Shown: positions 19,726 through 30,050 of the stretch, piece after piece
Numbering within the stretch: position 1 is the first letter of the stretch
How the letters are laid out: each line of letters starts with the position of its first letter
Source: Cyanobacteria bacterium J06638_20
Lineage (GTDB): Bacteria; Cyanobacteriota; Cyanobacteriia; Elainellales; Elainellaceae
Direction of reading: 5' to 3'
DNA length: 64,000 nt
Assembly: GCA_039819245.1 (NCBI GenBank)
Contig: JBCBSJ010000001.1
Span: 21,941 to 85,940, forward strand
The notes under the pieces: generated by a model
What the model saw: the letters and a program-made list of their open reading frames with translations, nothing else
Databases searched by the model: none
Told to the model about the DNA's origin: nothing
Program-made: the position numbers and the translations under genes

Positions 19726-22554
19726 ATGCCATCATCTTTGTCTTCTGCATCGCGTTTACCTCGAATCCTAAGTTCACTCGAAACTTGGGGTTTTGGGTTA
19801 ACGGGTCTATTGCTGTGGCTAGGAGTTGCGCCGGCTATGCAGTTGGACTTAGGCTGGCAGGCGCTTTGGGTCTGGCTACCGGGTGCTGTGATTGGCATTT
19901 TGATTAACTGGCAGGTGCAGCGTTTAGGGGCGACTTGGCCCGAATTGGCAGGGGGGACGCCGAGTTATCTCAGTCGCTTGCTGCCACGATCGCCGTGGAT
20001 TGCAACCTATGGTGCGCTGGGCTACTACATTAGCTGGGTCGCGGTTCTGCCCGTGAATGGCATTGTACTGGCGGATTTGGTGCAAGCGAATCTTGCCCCG
20101 TTTGGGATAGCTTGTCCCACGATTGCCCTCCAAGTTGGCTTTACAGCGATCGCGTTTATGGTGGCTTTTAGCGGGACGCGGGCCTTGGGGGTATTACACC
20201 TTTTCTTTGTGGTACCGGCAATTTCCTTACTGCTGCTGTTTTGTGTGCAGGGGGTGGGCTGGATTGTGGCAGTTGACCGCAGTCCTATCGAGTTTGTTAG
20301 TCCTAATCTGCATGTGGGGGACTGGGCGAAGTGGTATGTGGTCGCCGCCTATGCGGTCTATGCCTGTGAAAGCAGCTCGGCTTTTTTAGCCGATAGTTGC
20401 TCGCCCCGACGCACTCTCAAAGCCTTACCGGTGGCGGCTGGGTTAATTCCGCTGATTTACTTGGCGGGGAGTTGGGTACTGTTGCAGGCCACTGTCATCA
20501 GTCCGAATGCCCATACCGCCTATGGGCAGCTAGTGGCGGCGAGTCCCTTTTGGGGCCGAGGAGCCGCGGTCATTGTGACGTTTTTGTTGGCGTCTGGTAG
20601 TTTGCTCAGCTGCGCCACTGCGGTTTCCAACACGCCGCGCATGCTCTATCAAATGGCATTGGACGAGCAGCTCCCGGCGCATTTTGCCCAGTTGTCACGC
20701 CAAAGTGTTTTAGTGGTGGGCTTGGTCGCCACGTTGGCACTCAGCATGGCTTTTTTGCTGTGGGGTGATATTGCTCAAATTGTCTTTATCACGGGTATCG
20801 GGTGGCTCAGTTCGTTTGCCATTTTCCATTGGGGACTATGGCAGCAGCGGCAGCAACCCTATGTGCGTTGGCCTTGGCTATCACTAGGATTTGCCGTCGT
20901 TGAAACAGCTGCCATGATTGTCGGTGGCTGGGCATGGCGACCCTTAGATTTAGGGTTGGGTCTTTTGTTGCCAATCGCGACGTGGCTCTTTTTGCAGGGA
21001 TTAGGACGTCTTCCCTGGTTTCGTCCCTCAGGAGACCGACAAAAGATCCTGCTCAGTTCCGCCCATACCTCCCGTGACTGGGTGTTGATCCAGATTGTCG
21101 GTTTGTTGAGCCTCTTAATTGGTGCCATCACCGCCAGCTGGTTTATTCATAGCTGGGTCAGTACTATCCCCACCTTGAATCAGGCCAACCTTCTGGTGGT
21201 TGTTTTGCTCATTGGGGCGGCTACTGGGGTGGCGATCGCGGGATGGACCACCTTCCCTCAAATTAGAGCGCTCGAAGCCTCGCGGAAGGACGCCGAGCAG
21301 TTTTTTAACCTGGCTGCTGATGGCATTTTAGTGGTGGACGCTACGGGACAAATTCAGCAGGCCAATCGAGCCAGTCTGCAACTGTTTGAGGAACTCGACA
21401 CTCCATTAGTTGGGGAAACGCTGCAACAACTGTTACCTGAACTCCCCTCCCCTACGAGTGATGTGCCAGCCAAAAATGCATTGAAGGCAACGCTGGGCGA
21501 TAAGTCCCTGGAAGTAAATCTGTCGTTGCCACGGATGAAGGGCGATGCGACTGCGGCGAGCGATCGCTACGTTGCGATTGTGCGCGACGTTACGCAACAG
21601 CAAGCGACTGCCGATGCTATGCGCAAGAAAGCCCATGAATTGGAGCAGTTGCTGAGGGAACTGACCCAGACCCAGAGTCAACTCGTGCAGGCTGAAAAAA
21701 TGTCCAGTCTGGGGCAGCTGGTCGCTGGCATTGCCCATGAAATCAACAATCCCCTTGCATTTATTGCGGGCAATGTGGGCTTTGCCGAACGCTATGCACT
21801 GGATTTGCTGGGCTTAGTAGAGGCTTACCAAGCCACCTATCCTCATCCCCCTCAGGCACTGGCAGAACAAATTGAAGTCGTTGAACTCGACTTCCTGAGG
21901 GAAGATTTGCCTAAACTGCTGATTTCGATGAAGGATGGAGCCTATCGCATTCTCGAAATCGTTAAAGGCTTGAAGGTCTTCTCACGTCATGATGAAGCGC
22001 CTATTAAAGCTGTCAACCTCCATGAGGGCATCGAAAGTACGCTCCTGATTCTGCGGAATCGCTTGAAGGCCGACGGTTCACGACCCGAAATTAAGATCAA
22101 ACGTCTGTTTGCGGAGTTGCCATCCTTGGAGTGCTATCCGTCTGCCCTCAACCAGGTGTTTATGAACCTGATGGTGAACGCCATCGACGCTTTAGAGACA
22201 ATGACTGGCAAGGATGAAACCTATCAGCCTCTCATTACCCTCAGTACGCATCCTTGTGTCGATGAAGGTCGGCCTGGGGTGGAAATTATCATTGCGGACA
22301 ACGGGGCAGGCATTGCTCCGGATACTCTCAATCGTCTCTGTGAGCCCTTTTTTACCACTAAACCCATTGGTAAAGGGACGGGCCTGGGCCTGTCTATCAG
22401 CTATCAAGTGGTGGTAGAACGCCATCGCGGGCGCTTCCTGATCAGTAGCGAACTCGGTCAAGGGGCTGAATTCAAGATTTGGCTCCCTCTGTCCTTGGGG
22501 AGTGAACTGGCAGACTCGCTTAAGGTAACTGAGCCTGCACCCACGGCTGCCTAG
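19726..22554 (+). CDS. APC-family permease fused to PAS domain and histidine kinase
   Basis: About 500-aa multi-TM N-terminus; AADGILVVD PAS; GIAHEINNP H-box; N/G1/F/G2 boxes. Confidence 0.85.
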   Translation: MPSSLSSASRLPRILSSLETWGFGLTGLLLWLGVAPAMQLDLGWQALWVWLPGAVIGILINWQVQRLGATWPELAGGTPSYLSRLLPRSPWIATYGALGYYISWVAVLPVNGIVLADLVQANLAPFGIACPTIALQVGFTAIAFMVAFSGTRALGVLHLFFVVPAISLLLLFCVQGVGWIVAVDRSPIEFVSPNLHVGDWAKWYVVAAYAVYACESSSAFLADSCSPRRTLKALPVAAGLIPLIYLAGSWVLLQATVISPNAHTAYGQLVAASPFWGRGAAVIVTFLLASGSLLSCATAVSNTPRMLYQMALDEQLPAHFAQLSRQSVLVVGLVATLALSMAFLLWGDIAQIVFITGIGWLSSFAIFHWGLWQQRQQPYVRWPWLSLGFAVVETAAMIVGGWAWRPLDLGLGLLLPIATWLFLQGLGRLPWFRPSGDRQKILLSSAHTSRDWVLIQIVGLLSLLIGAITASWFIHSWVSTIPTLNQANLLVVVLLIGAATGVAIAGWTTFPQIRALEASRKDAEQFFNLAADGILVVDATGQIQQANRASLQLFEELDTPLVGETLQQLLPELPSPTSDVPAKNALKATLGDKSLEVNLSLPRMKGDATAASDRYVAIVRDVTQQQATADAMRKKAHELEQLLRELTQTQSQLVQAEKMSSLGQLVAGIAHEINNPLAFIAGNVGFAERYALDLLGLVEAYQATYPHPPQALAEQIEVVELDFLREDLPKLLISMKDGAYRILEIVKGLKVFSRHDEAPIKAVNLHEGIESTLLILRNRLKADGSRPEIKIKRLFAELPSLECYPSALNQVFMNLMVNAIDALETMTGKDETYQPLITLSTHPCVDEGRPGVEIIIADNGAGIAPDTLNRLCEPFFTTKPIGKGTGLGLSISYQVVVERHRGRFLISSELGQGAEFKIWLPLSLGSELADSLKVTEPAPTAA

Positions 22555-22916
22555 ACCGTCGCCGGAACTACTGCCGGTTCGTAGAGATACTCAAACCAGT
22601 TGCCATCAGGGTCTTTGCCGTAGAAAGAGGCGGTACCATCCCGATGCTCGTGAATTTGGGTGACGTAGACGCCTGACGCTTGCAGGCGTTCGTAGGCCGC
22701 ATCAATGACAGCGCGATCGCTAAAGACAAAGCCAAAATGGGGGCCAGCCTGTTCGTAATTCGGGCTCAGCAGTGCTAAACCATCGTCGCCCGCTTTGACA
22801 TAGGCCCAATCTTTATCATGCCAAGCCACCTCCATACCCAGGTTTTGGTAAAACTCAACGGCTTTATCGATATCCTGCACGCAGATGGCGACATGTCCAA
22901 GACGCTGTGGCTTCAT
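22551..22916 (-). CDS. VOC/glyoxalase family protein
   Basis: LGHVAI, HFGF, DPDGNWFE. Confidence 0.88.
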   Translation of the reverse strand: MKPQRLGHVAICVQDIDKAVEFYQNLGMEVAWHDKDWAYVKAGDDGLALLSPNYEQAGPHFGFVFSDRAVIDAAYERLQASGVYVTQIHEHRDGTASFYGKDPDGNWFEYLYEPAVVPATV

Positions 22917-23105
22917 GGGTTACAAAACTTTCCAGATTCGGTTTATTTCATTGTAAGACAGCTATCTTAGGCGTGGCGGTGGGGTCGGTTGACCTAAATT
23001 CGGGAACGGCGGCGGATTGTGGTGTATCTATACCTAGAGCCTCACGTAACATTGCTGCCTGTAACCGTTTGGTAGCGGGCTCTCCATTCATTTTGTAAGA
23101 TTTCA

Positions 23106-23864
23106 ATGCTATTCAGTCCGACTAATCTGCCCTACTGGATCTTCCTGGGGACCGGAATTGTCTTGTTTTTAGTGGTCATCTTGTCCGGTGGCGGGGACGA
23201 TGACCTCGACGCTGAGGTGGATGTCGATGCCGACGTTGACCTTGATGTGGATGCCGACGTTGACCTTGATGCTGACGTCGATGCGGATGCTGAGGTATCT
23301 GGTGATCCCGCCTTTGACCTCGATGGCGATGACTTCGGCCCCATGCAGGTACTGACTTGGGTTGGCGTTGGGCGCACGCCCTTACTGCTGCTGTTGGCCA
23401 TGGATCTGACGCTGTGGGGGTTCGTTGGTTGGGTGCTGAATGTTGCCCTAGGCGAAGCCCTTAGCCGTTCTCCCATTGGCTGGATTGCCGTTGGTGTCTT
23501 CTTGAGTTCCCTTGCCTTCGCGCTGTTCATTGGGAGTCTGTTATCGCGCCCCATTGGACGAATATTTGCCGCTTTTGGCGAAGATGCCAGCAGCGATCGC
23601 CTGGTCGGCTGCCTGGGTCGCGTTACCTCCGCCTTTGTGCCCTTCGAGCATTCCGGCAAAATTGGTCAGGTTGATGTCAAAGATGCGGCGGCTAACCTGG
23701 TCACTATCAGTGCCAAGCTGCCAGACTGGGCGACGATTACCCTCCGACGCGGTGCTCGTGTGCTGGTGATCGAGCGCTCCGGTGGCTACTACCTTGTCAT
23801 CGCCAAAGACAGTCCCGATCAAGACCGCTGGCTCAGCGGCAGTCAGCTTTCGTCAGGCTCCTAA
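23106..23864 (+). CDS. YqiJ/DUF1449-like (NfeD-type OB-fold) flotillin partner
   Basis: TM helix, acidic (D-x)n tract, two TMs, C-terminal OB-like region; directly upstream of an SPFH gene. Confidence 0.75.
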   Translation: MLFSPTNLPYWIFLGTGIVLFLVVILSGGGDDDLDAEVDVDADVDLDVDADVDLDADVDADAEVSGDPAFDLDGDDFGPMQVLTWVGVGRTPLLLLLAMDLTLWGFVGWVLNVALGEALSRSPIGWIAVGVFLSSLAFALFIGSLLSRPIGRIFAAFGEDASSDRLVGCLGRVTSAFVPFEHSGKIGQVDVKDAAANLVTISAKLPDWATITLRRGARVLVIERSGGYYLVIAKDSPDQDRWLSGSQLSSGS

Positions 23865-23953
23865 CCCAGATGACCCAAGACCGGGGCATAATTTTCTTCC
23901 TTTTCAGCTTTTGACTGACACCATTACTACCTTTTCTTTGAGTTGAGGCGCTT

Positions 23954-26107
23954 ATGCTGTTCTGGCTTACGTTTATTCAATCCTTGCCCACACTGCCTGA
24001 AATTGAGTCTCAGGAAAACTACGAGACCGTTGAAACGGTTGCCCTTCTGGAAGAAATACCCATAAGTTCGCCTCCTATTGTGGGTCAGCTAGGGGGGCTG
24101 GGAATTTTGGCATCGAGTGGTGTTGTCACCTTTATTGTGCTGCTGCTGCTGGCAATTGTTGCCTACACGCGCGTTTACGTGATCACGCCGACCAACGAAG
24201 CCTTCGTTAAAACCGGCGGCGTGATTCAAAAGCGTAAGAAAGTCGTGCTCAATGGCGGCTGTGTGGTACTTCCTGGCTTCCATGAGCTAACCCGCGTCCC
24301 CCTCCGCGAACTCTCCATCGACGTGGAACGGACGGGTAAACTGGCGGTGCGCACCCAAGACTACCTGCGCGCCGATATGCGGGTGACCTTCTACGTTTGT
24401 ATTAATGCGTCGGAAGAGGACGTGTTGACCGCAGCGGCCCGACTATCCAAAGACGGCAAAATTACCCCGATCGATATCAAGAATGCCCTGGAGAAACGGG
24501 CTGACGATGGCATTCGCGCCGCTGCGAAATCCAAGAATCTGGCAGAAATTGATTCGGACAAACTGGGATTTGCTCAGGAGGTGCTGAACCTAGTGGAGCC
24601 GGACTTGAAAAAAGTGGGTCTGACCCTCAACAACATCGCCATTTCCGAGATTGAAGAAAGCGACACCTATGACACCAACAACTTCTTTGACGCGCAAGGG
24701 GTGAGGTTGCGTACCGAAACCATTCAGCGCTCTATTCAGCAAAAGCGGGAGGTGGAACTCACAACGCGCGTCGCGATCGAACAGAAAGAATTGGATGCAG
24801 AGAAGCGATCGCTGCAAATTACGAAGGATCAAGAAGACGCCAAACTGACCCAAACCCAAGAAATTGAGTCTCTCAAGGCGGAGCAAGAACGTACGATTCG
24901 CGAAAAGCGAGATTCCGAAGCGGCCCTAGCGGAACGAAATAAAATCCTGCAAGAGCAGTCCATTGAGGAGGAGGAAATCCAGCGGAAGCTTACCGTTCAA
25001 CAAAAGCAATTGGATGCGGACATTGAACTGGAGGAGCGGCAAAAGGCGCTAGAACGGGCCAAGATTCAGCAAGAGCAAGCGGTTCAGGAAGAGGAAATTC
25101 AACGCAAATTGAGTGTCCAGCAAAAGCAGCTCGATGCCGATATTGAACTGGAAGAGCGGCAAAAGGCATTAGAGCGCGCCAAAATCCAGCAGGAAAAAGC
25201 GGTTCAGGAAGAGGAAATTCAGCGGAAGCTGAGCGTCCAGCAAAAACAAATTGAAGCGGATATTGAGCTGGAAGAACGCCAAAAAGCCTTGAAAGTCGCT
25301 CAAGCCCTACAGCGAGAGGAAGCGGACGTGGCGGAAGTGAATCGTCAGAAGGCGGTGGATTCGGCTCAATATCTGTCGCTAGTGGAAATTGCCGAAGCCG
25401 AGAAAGAATCGAAGCTCGCGCAACAGGAAGCCGCGATCGCGATCGCCGATCGCGAACGGTCTCGTTTTCAGGCGGAAGCCGAGCGGGCGCAAGCGGAAGC
25501 CGCCGTCCAAACGGCGACGGCAGTTGAACAAGCGGAGCGGGAACAGCGCCTCTCAGTCATTGCGGCGGAGCGCGAAGCCCAAGAGCGGCGGATTGCGGAT
25601 GAAAACGTCGTTGAAATTGATGTCTTCCGTAAGCGGCGGCAGGCCGAAATCGCCCGGCAAACGGCTGAACTGGAAGCCGAGGCCATCCGCACCTTGGCCC
25701 AAGCGGAGCTGGATAGAGCGCTGGCAGAAGCCCAAGGGTCGCAAGCACAGATTGAAGCCCGCAATGCCATTAGCAACGCTAACCTGACAGCTGATGTCGT
25801 TCGCCAGCTCTGGCCCCAGTTGGCCGAGCGCCTCCCTGAAGTCCTCAGCGCTTTGGCACCTCAACCCGGCGTCATTGGCGATGCTCGCATCTATGCGTTC
25901 CCCGGTGCGAATGGCAACGGCGATGGCAACAACCCTGGCGATATCAACAAGCTGCTATTGTCCACCAGTGGTCTTGCCCTGATCAACAGTCTGCTCGAGG
26001 ATGGCAAGCTGGGCTCTGTGTTGGGACAGGTTAAAGACCTGATTCAAGGCGAGTCAGGCGGAAACCCCGTTATTGACAGTTCTGCTACAGACGCCGAAGA
26101 GTCATAA
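23954..26107 (+). CDS. Flotillin/SPFH protein (YqiK-like)
   Basis: TM helix, SPFH core (VRTQDYLRADMRVTFYV), EA-rich coiled coil. Confidence 0.88.
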   Translation: MLFWLTFIQSLPTLPEIESQENYETVETVALLEEIPISSPPIVGQLGGLGILASSGVVTFIVLLLLAIVAYTRVYVITPTNEAFVKTGGVIQKRKKVVLNGGCVVLPGFHELTRVPLRELSIDVERTGKLAVRTQDYLRADMRVTFYVCINASEEDVLTAAARLSKDGKITPIDIKNALEKRADDGIRAAAKSKNLAEIDSDKLGFAQEVLNLVEPDLKKVGLTLNNIAISEIEESDTYDTNNFFDAQGVRLRTETIQRSIQQKREVELTTRVAIEQKELDAEKRSLQITKDQEDAKLTQTQEIESLKAEQERTIREKRDSEAALAERNKILQEQSIEEEEIQRKLTVQQKQLDADIELEERQKALERAKIQQEQAVQEEEIQRKLSVQQKQLDADIELEERQKALERAKIQQEKAVQEEEIQRKLSVQQKQIEADIELEERQKALKVAQALQREEADVAEVNRQKAVDSAQYLSLVEIAEAEKESKLAQQEAAIAIADRERSRFQAEAERAQAEAAVQTATAVEQAEREQRLSVIAAEREAQERRIADENVVEIDVFRKRRQAEIARQTAELEAEAIRTLAQAELDRALAEAQGSQAQIEARNAISNANLTADVVRQLWPQLAERLPEVLSALAPQPGVIGDARIYAFPGANGNGDGNNPGDINKLLLSTSGLALINSLLEDGKLGSVLGQVKDLIQGESGGNPVIDSSATDAEES

Positions 26108-26110
26108 ACC

Positions 26111-26142
26111 TTGTCAGGGCGCGATATATCGCGCCCTGACAA
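26111..26142. terminator. Perfect 32-bp palindrome between convergent genes
   Basis: TTGTCAGGGCGCGATATATCGCGCCCTGACAA. Confidence 0.6.
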
Positions 26143-26152
26143 TTCGGCACCA

Positions 26153-26731
26153 TTACTCAATCAGTCGCATCATCGCCGTAGCCGACAAAACCACATCAGG
26201 GAATGCCTGAATTGAGAGGGGGTCATTCTGGCAAATGATATCTGTCTGATAATCGCTGCCGTTAATCGTGACAGCCACATCGCGAAATATCCTTAGCTCA
26301 TCTTGCTTGAGGTCAAATACCCAGTATTCTGGGATGCCAGCTTCGGCGTAGATCAGTCGCTTGACTTTGGTATCGCGTATAGGCCTACTGTTAGCAATCT
26401 CGATCAGTAGGTAAACATCTTCAACATGGGGATGGCGATCGCGATAACGCTGAGGCTTTACCACCGAGATATCGGGAATGGGCTCACTGTTGTCAGGGAG
26501 CGTAATCGCTTTGGCCTCGCGTACCCGTGCTCGGTCGCCCAACATTGAACGGAGATAGACAGCCAGTTCTTCTTGGATGTCATCGTGGAGAGGCTCAATT
26601 GGTGACATCTCCACAATATCTCCGCGTAATAGCTCGACTCGGCAACCTTCAAAGACCCCTGCTTTGACCGCTTTGTGGTACTGCTCAAGACCCCACTTCA
26701 TAAGGGCCGGTTTGTCGGTTGTTTGAGTCAT
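26153..26731 (-). CDS. Uma2 family (DUF820) nuclease-fold protein
   Basis: VELLRGDIVEMSP, PIPDISV, YAEAGIPEYWV. Confidence 0.9.
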   Translation of the reverse strand: MTQTTDKPALMKWGLEQYHKAVKAGVFEGCRVELLRGDIVEMSPIEPLHDDIQEELAVYLRSMLGDRARVREAKAITLPDNSEPIPDISVVKPQRYRDRHPHVEDVYLLIEIANSRPIRDTKVKRLIYAEAGIPEYWVFDLKQDELRIFRDVAVTINGSDYQTDIICQNDPLSIQAFPDVVLSATAMMRLIE

Positions 26732-26893
26732 CGGATTGCCTTTGCCTCACAACGCTGATGGAGCGATCGCTGCTATCCATCATGATCACCGTGCCTAGAT
26801 GGCAGTAGCCTCAATCTTAACTGCTCGAATCTGACCGTTATCTAGAAACTTTGGGACCACCATATATCGTGGCCCCAAAGCATCCAACCACAA

Positions 26894-27922
26894 TCATGCT
26901 TCGCCGTAGGATTCGTCGTCGGCAATTTTGCCGCGAAAGACGATGTAGTTGTAAATGTTGTAGAACAGCAAAATTGGAATCAAAAAGCCGATAAAGGTGA
27001 GCATAAACACCAGTGAACTGGGTGCGGCAGCGGCCTCATAAATCGTGACGCTGGGGGGGATAATTTCCGGAAAGATAATGAATCCCAACCCAATAAAAGA
27101 GAGGGAAAACAGCAAAAACGTCCAGATGATCGGCGTGTTTTCTTCCTCCCGATAGAGGCTCCGAAGTAATAAGCCCACCAGCAGCAACCCGAAGATGGGA
27201 ATCAAGCCAAAGATATACAGCAAGGGCGGTTCCAAGAGGCGATCGCGCAACTGCTCGGAAAAGACAGGGGTGCTGATGGTAATAAACACGGCTCCCGCCA
27301 GCGTCGTAAAGGCCGCTAGTTTGGCCGTCTTAAAGTGTGACGCTTGCAGTTCACCCGTTGTTTTCAGAATTAGATAGGTAGACCCTACCAGCACATAGGC
27401 TTGAATCAACGTTAGCGCCACAATGACCGAGCGCCACGTCAGCCAGTCCCAAATACCCCCGGCAAAATGCCCTTGGGCGTCGGTCGTGATGCCTTCAAAA
27501 ACGCTCCCTAACGCAAACCCTTGGCCCAGCGCTGCCAGGAAACTGCCAATGCCGAAGGCAACATTCCACACCAGCTTGTTGTCAGCGTTTTCCCGAAATT
27601 CAAAGGACACCGCCCGCAGAATTAAGCCCACCACCATAACGACGGCAGGTAAATACAGCGCATTCAAGATGGTGGCATAGGCCAGGGGAAACGCCCCGAA
27701 AAGGGAGCCCCCCATGAGTACCAGCCAGGTTTCGTTGGCGTCCCACACATTGCCCAGACTGGTCATTAAGATGCCCCGCCGTTCTTCGGTCCCAGAGGTT
27801 AGGGACAAGATGCCAACCCCCAGGTCAAACCCATCCAGCAGCACATACAGAAAGAGAAACAGCCCCAGAATAAAAAACCACACTTGGGGCAAAAACTTCG
27901 CTAAAGGATCCAGTGCATCCAT
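26894..27922 (-). CDS. cydB: Cytochrome bd oxidase subunit II
   Basis: LDGFDLGVG, WDANETWLV. Confidence 0.95.
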   Translation of the reverse strand: MDALDPLAKFLPQVWFFILGLFLFLYVLLDGFDLGVGILSLTSGTEERRGILMTSLGNVWDANETWLVLMGGSLFGAFPLAYATILNALYLPAVVMVVGLILRAVSFEFRENADNKLVWNVAFGIGSFLAALGQGFALGSVFEGITTDAQGHFAGGIWDWLTWRSVIVALTLIQAYVLVGSTYLILKTTGELQASHFKTAKLAAFTTLAGAVFITISTPVFSEQLRDRLLEPPLLYIFGLIPIFGLLLVGLLLRSLYREEENTPIIWTFLLFSLSFIGLGFIIFPEIIPPSVTIYEAAAAPSSLVFMLTFIGFLIPILLFYNIYNYIVFRGKIADDESYGEA

Positions 27923-27930
27923 ACGATCTC

Positions 27931-29367
27931 CTATTGCTGTGCTTCTACAGGGCGACTGTTGGGCGTATGCTCGGCCTCGCCTAAACGCGGTACGCTCACC
28001 TCAGGAATAGGCAAGTCTAGATTGGGACCTTTCCGAATAATGCGGCTCCCGAAGAAGAGAAACGCTGTCAAAAAGACGATGTAAAAAGCAGAGAGCCCTG
28101 TGAGGGAGAATAGCACCTCACCCGGAGGGATGTTAGAAGCTGATTCCATCGTGCGCAGCTCACCGTAGACAATCCACGGCTGGCGACCCACACAGCGGAC
28201 AATCCAGCCGGTTTCGACGGCGATGTAGCCGAGAGGGGCCGCAAAAATCCAGGCTCGTAGCAACCACTTGTTGTCGGTGATGTCTGTTTCGCTCAACTTA
28301 CCGCGCAGCCATTGCAGCATCGTGAGGGTGGCCAAGGCTGCTAGAAACAGGCCAATGCCCACCATGATGCGGAAAGAGTAGTAGATCAGGCCAACCATGT
28401 GGGGGCGATCGCGGGGTGCCCACTCTTTGAGTCCCAACACCGGTTCCGTCAGCTTGGGCTTTAACTCCAGCAGATAACTCAGCGCACCGGGGATTTTGAT
28501 TTCCCAGTTATTGCTTTCCGCTTTATCATTCGGAATCGCGAGAAAACTCCAGTCGGCTTGGGCTTCAGCGGGTACGGTTTCCCACTGGGCTTCCATCGCG
28601 GCTAATTTGGTGGGCTGATAGTGATACACCTGCTCAGCACTCAAATGACCGATAAAGACCTGTAACGGCGCTACCACAAAAAGCGTGGCCAGTACGACTT
28701 TCAACGACTTGGTGAAGAATTCAGGATTCCGCTTGTTGATCAGATACCAGGCGCTAATACCCCCGATGACAAAGAGGGAAGTTTCCAGCGTGGCGAAGAA
28801 CATGTGCAAGAAGCTGTTGACCATGAACGGATTCGCGATCGCCTTAAAGTAGTCCTGCACCACAAACTTGCCATTCTCAAACACGCCGCCTGCTGGGGTC
28901 TGAAGCCAGGAATTGGCAGACAAAATCCAGAAAGTGGAAAGGTTCGCCCCAATGGCGACCAGAATGGTGGATAGGAAGTGGATGATCGGCGGTACCCGCT
29001 TCCAGCCAAACAGCATAATGCCGAGGAAACTGGCCTCTAGCATGAAAGCCATGGTGCCCTCAAAGCCGAGCACCGTGCCGAAGAAATCCCCTACGGATTC
29101 GGAGAATGGTGCCCAGTTCAAGCCAAACTGGAATGCCATCGGTAAGCCTGTCGCTACGCCAATCCCGAAGTTCAGCACGTAGAGCTTGGCCCAAAAACGA
29201 GCGTGGTGGTAGTAAGTGGGGTTCCGGGTTTTGAGCCACAGCCCCTCAATCACGATGAGATAGATAGCCATGCCTGTAGTCAGTACAGGCCAAAGCATAT
29301 GAAAGATAGCGGTCACGGCAAACTGGAGACGTGACAGCATGGCGGTATTGGTCAGTAGAGAGTCCAT
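27931..29367 (-). CDS. cydA: Cytochrome bd oxidase subunit I
   Basis: SRLQFA, QPTKLAAME, GRQPW. Confidence 0.95.
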   Translation of the reverse strand: MDSLLTNTAMLSRLQFAVTAIFHMLWPVLTTGMAIYLIVIEGLWLKTRNPTYYHHARFWAKLYVLNFGIGVATGLPMAFQFGLNWAPFSESVGDFFGTVLGFEGTMAFMLEASFLGIMLFGWKRVPPIIHFLSTILVAIGANLSTFWILSANSWLQTPAGGVFENGKFVVQDYFKAIANPFMVNSFLHMFFATLETSLFVIGGISAWYLINKRNPEFFTKSLKVVLATLFVVAPLQVFIGHLSAEQVYHYQPTKLAAMEAQWETVPAEAQADWSFLAIPNDKAESNNWEIKIPGALSYLLELKPKLTEPVLGLKEWAPRDRPHMVGLIYYSFRIMVGIGLFLAALATLTMLQWLRGKLSETDITDNKWLLRAWIFAAPLGYIAVETGWIVRCVGRQPWIVYGELRTMESASNIPPGEVLFSLTGLSAFYIVFLTAFLFFGSRIIRKGPNLDLPIPEVSVPRLGEAEHTPNSRPVEAQQ

Positions 29368-29596
29368 TTAGCGTAAAACCCGTGTGAAACGGCCTTTGGG
29401 TTATTCGGATCTATGGCTTCATCGTGAAAGAGATTTATCTGCTTGAGGAATATTCTTGAAAAACCGTAATGTGCCGGGGGCGATCGCTATGTTGATAATT
29501 GATCAGCGCTGGTGTCTGCTAATTCAAGATGATCGGGATGGCTCACCTGCCTCGCGTGCCTCCTTGGCGTCTATTGTTTCAGCCTTGGCGAATCTA

Positions 29597-29989
29597 CTAC
29601 ACTGCCGGCTCAATGCCCGCCGCCTTGAGCTGGGCGGCTAAGCGAGCCGCGCGATCGCTCGCTTGAACTGCCGCTTCTTCTGGTGTGGGGATCAACTCAC
29701 CCTGCTCCGGACGCTTCACCGTGTTCTTGATCAGGAAAAAGTCCGAGCCACGAAAGTCTTTGTTTTTCAGCTGTTCGCGGCTGAAGTAGATTGTCAGGTT
29801 CGCCCCAATAAAGAAGTCAGTGCGTTGGCCGCTTGAGGCCGGTCCTTGACCATCGCGCCACAGCCACTCTAAAAACACAACCAGCAGCGCCAGTTGAGCA
29901 TAATGCAGCGAACTCGCCATTTCTGGTTCATTGCGCTCTAGTTGGGTGGCATCTGGCATTAAGTCGGCCAGTTCGGCTGGAGCCAGCAT
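29597..29989 (-). pseudogene. Internally deleted Uma2 gene
   Basis: Follows paralogue 36547-37239 up to DFRGSDFF..KRP, then jumps to the C-terminal PTPEE tail; the IIELLS..EY core is missing. Confidence 0.7.
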
Positions 29990-30050
29990 TATTACTATGC
30001 CTTCCCTGCAAAGACTAACTCTATTGTAAATCTGCTTGCCGCTAGCTCCA

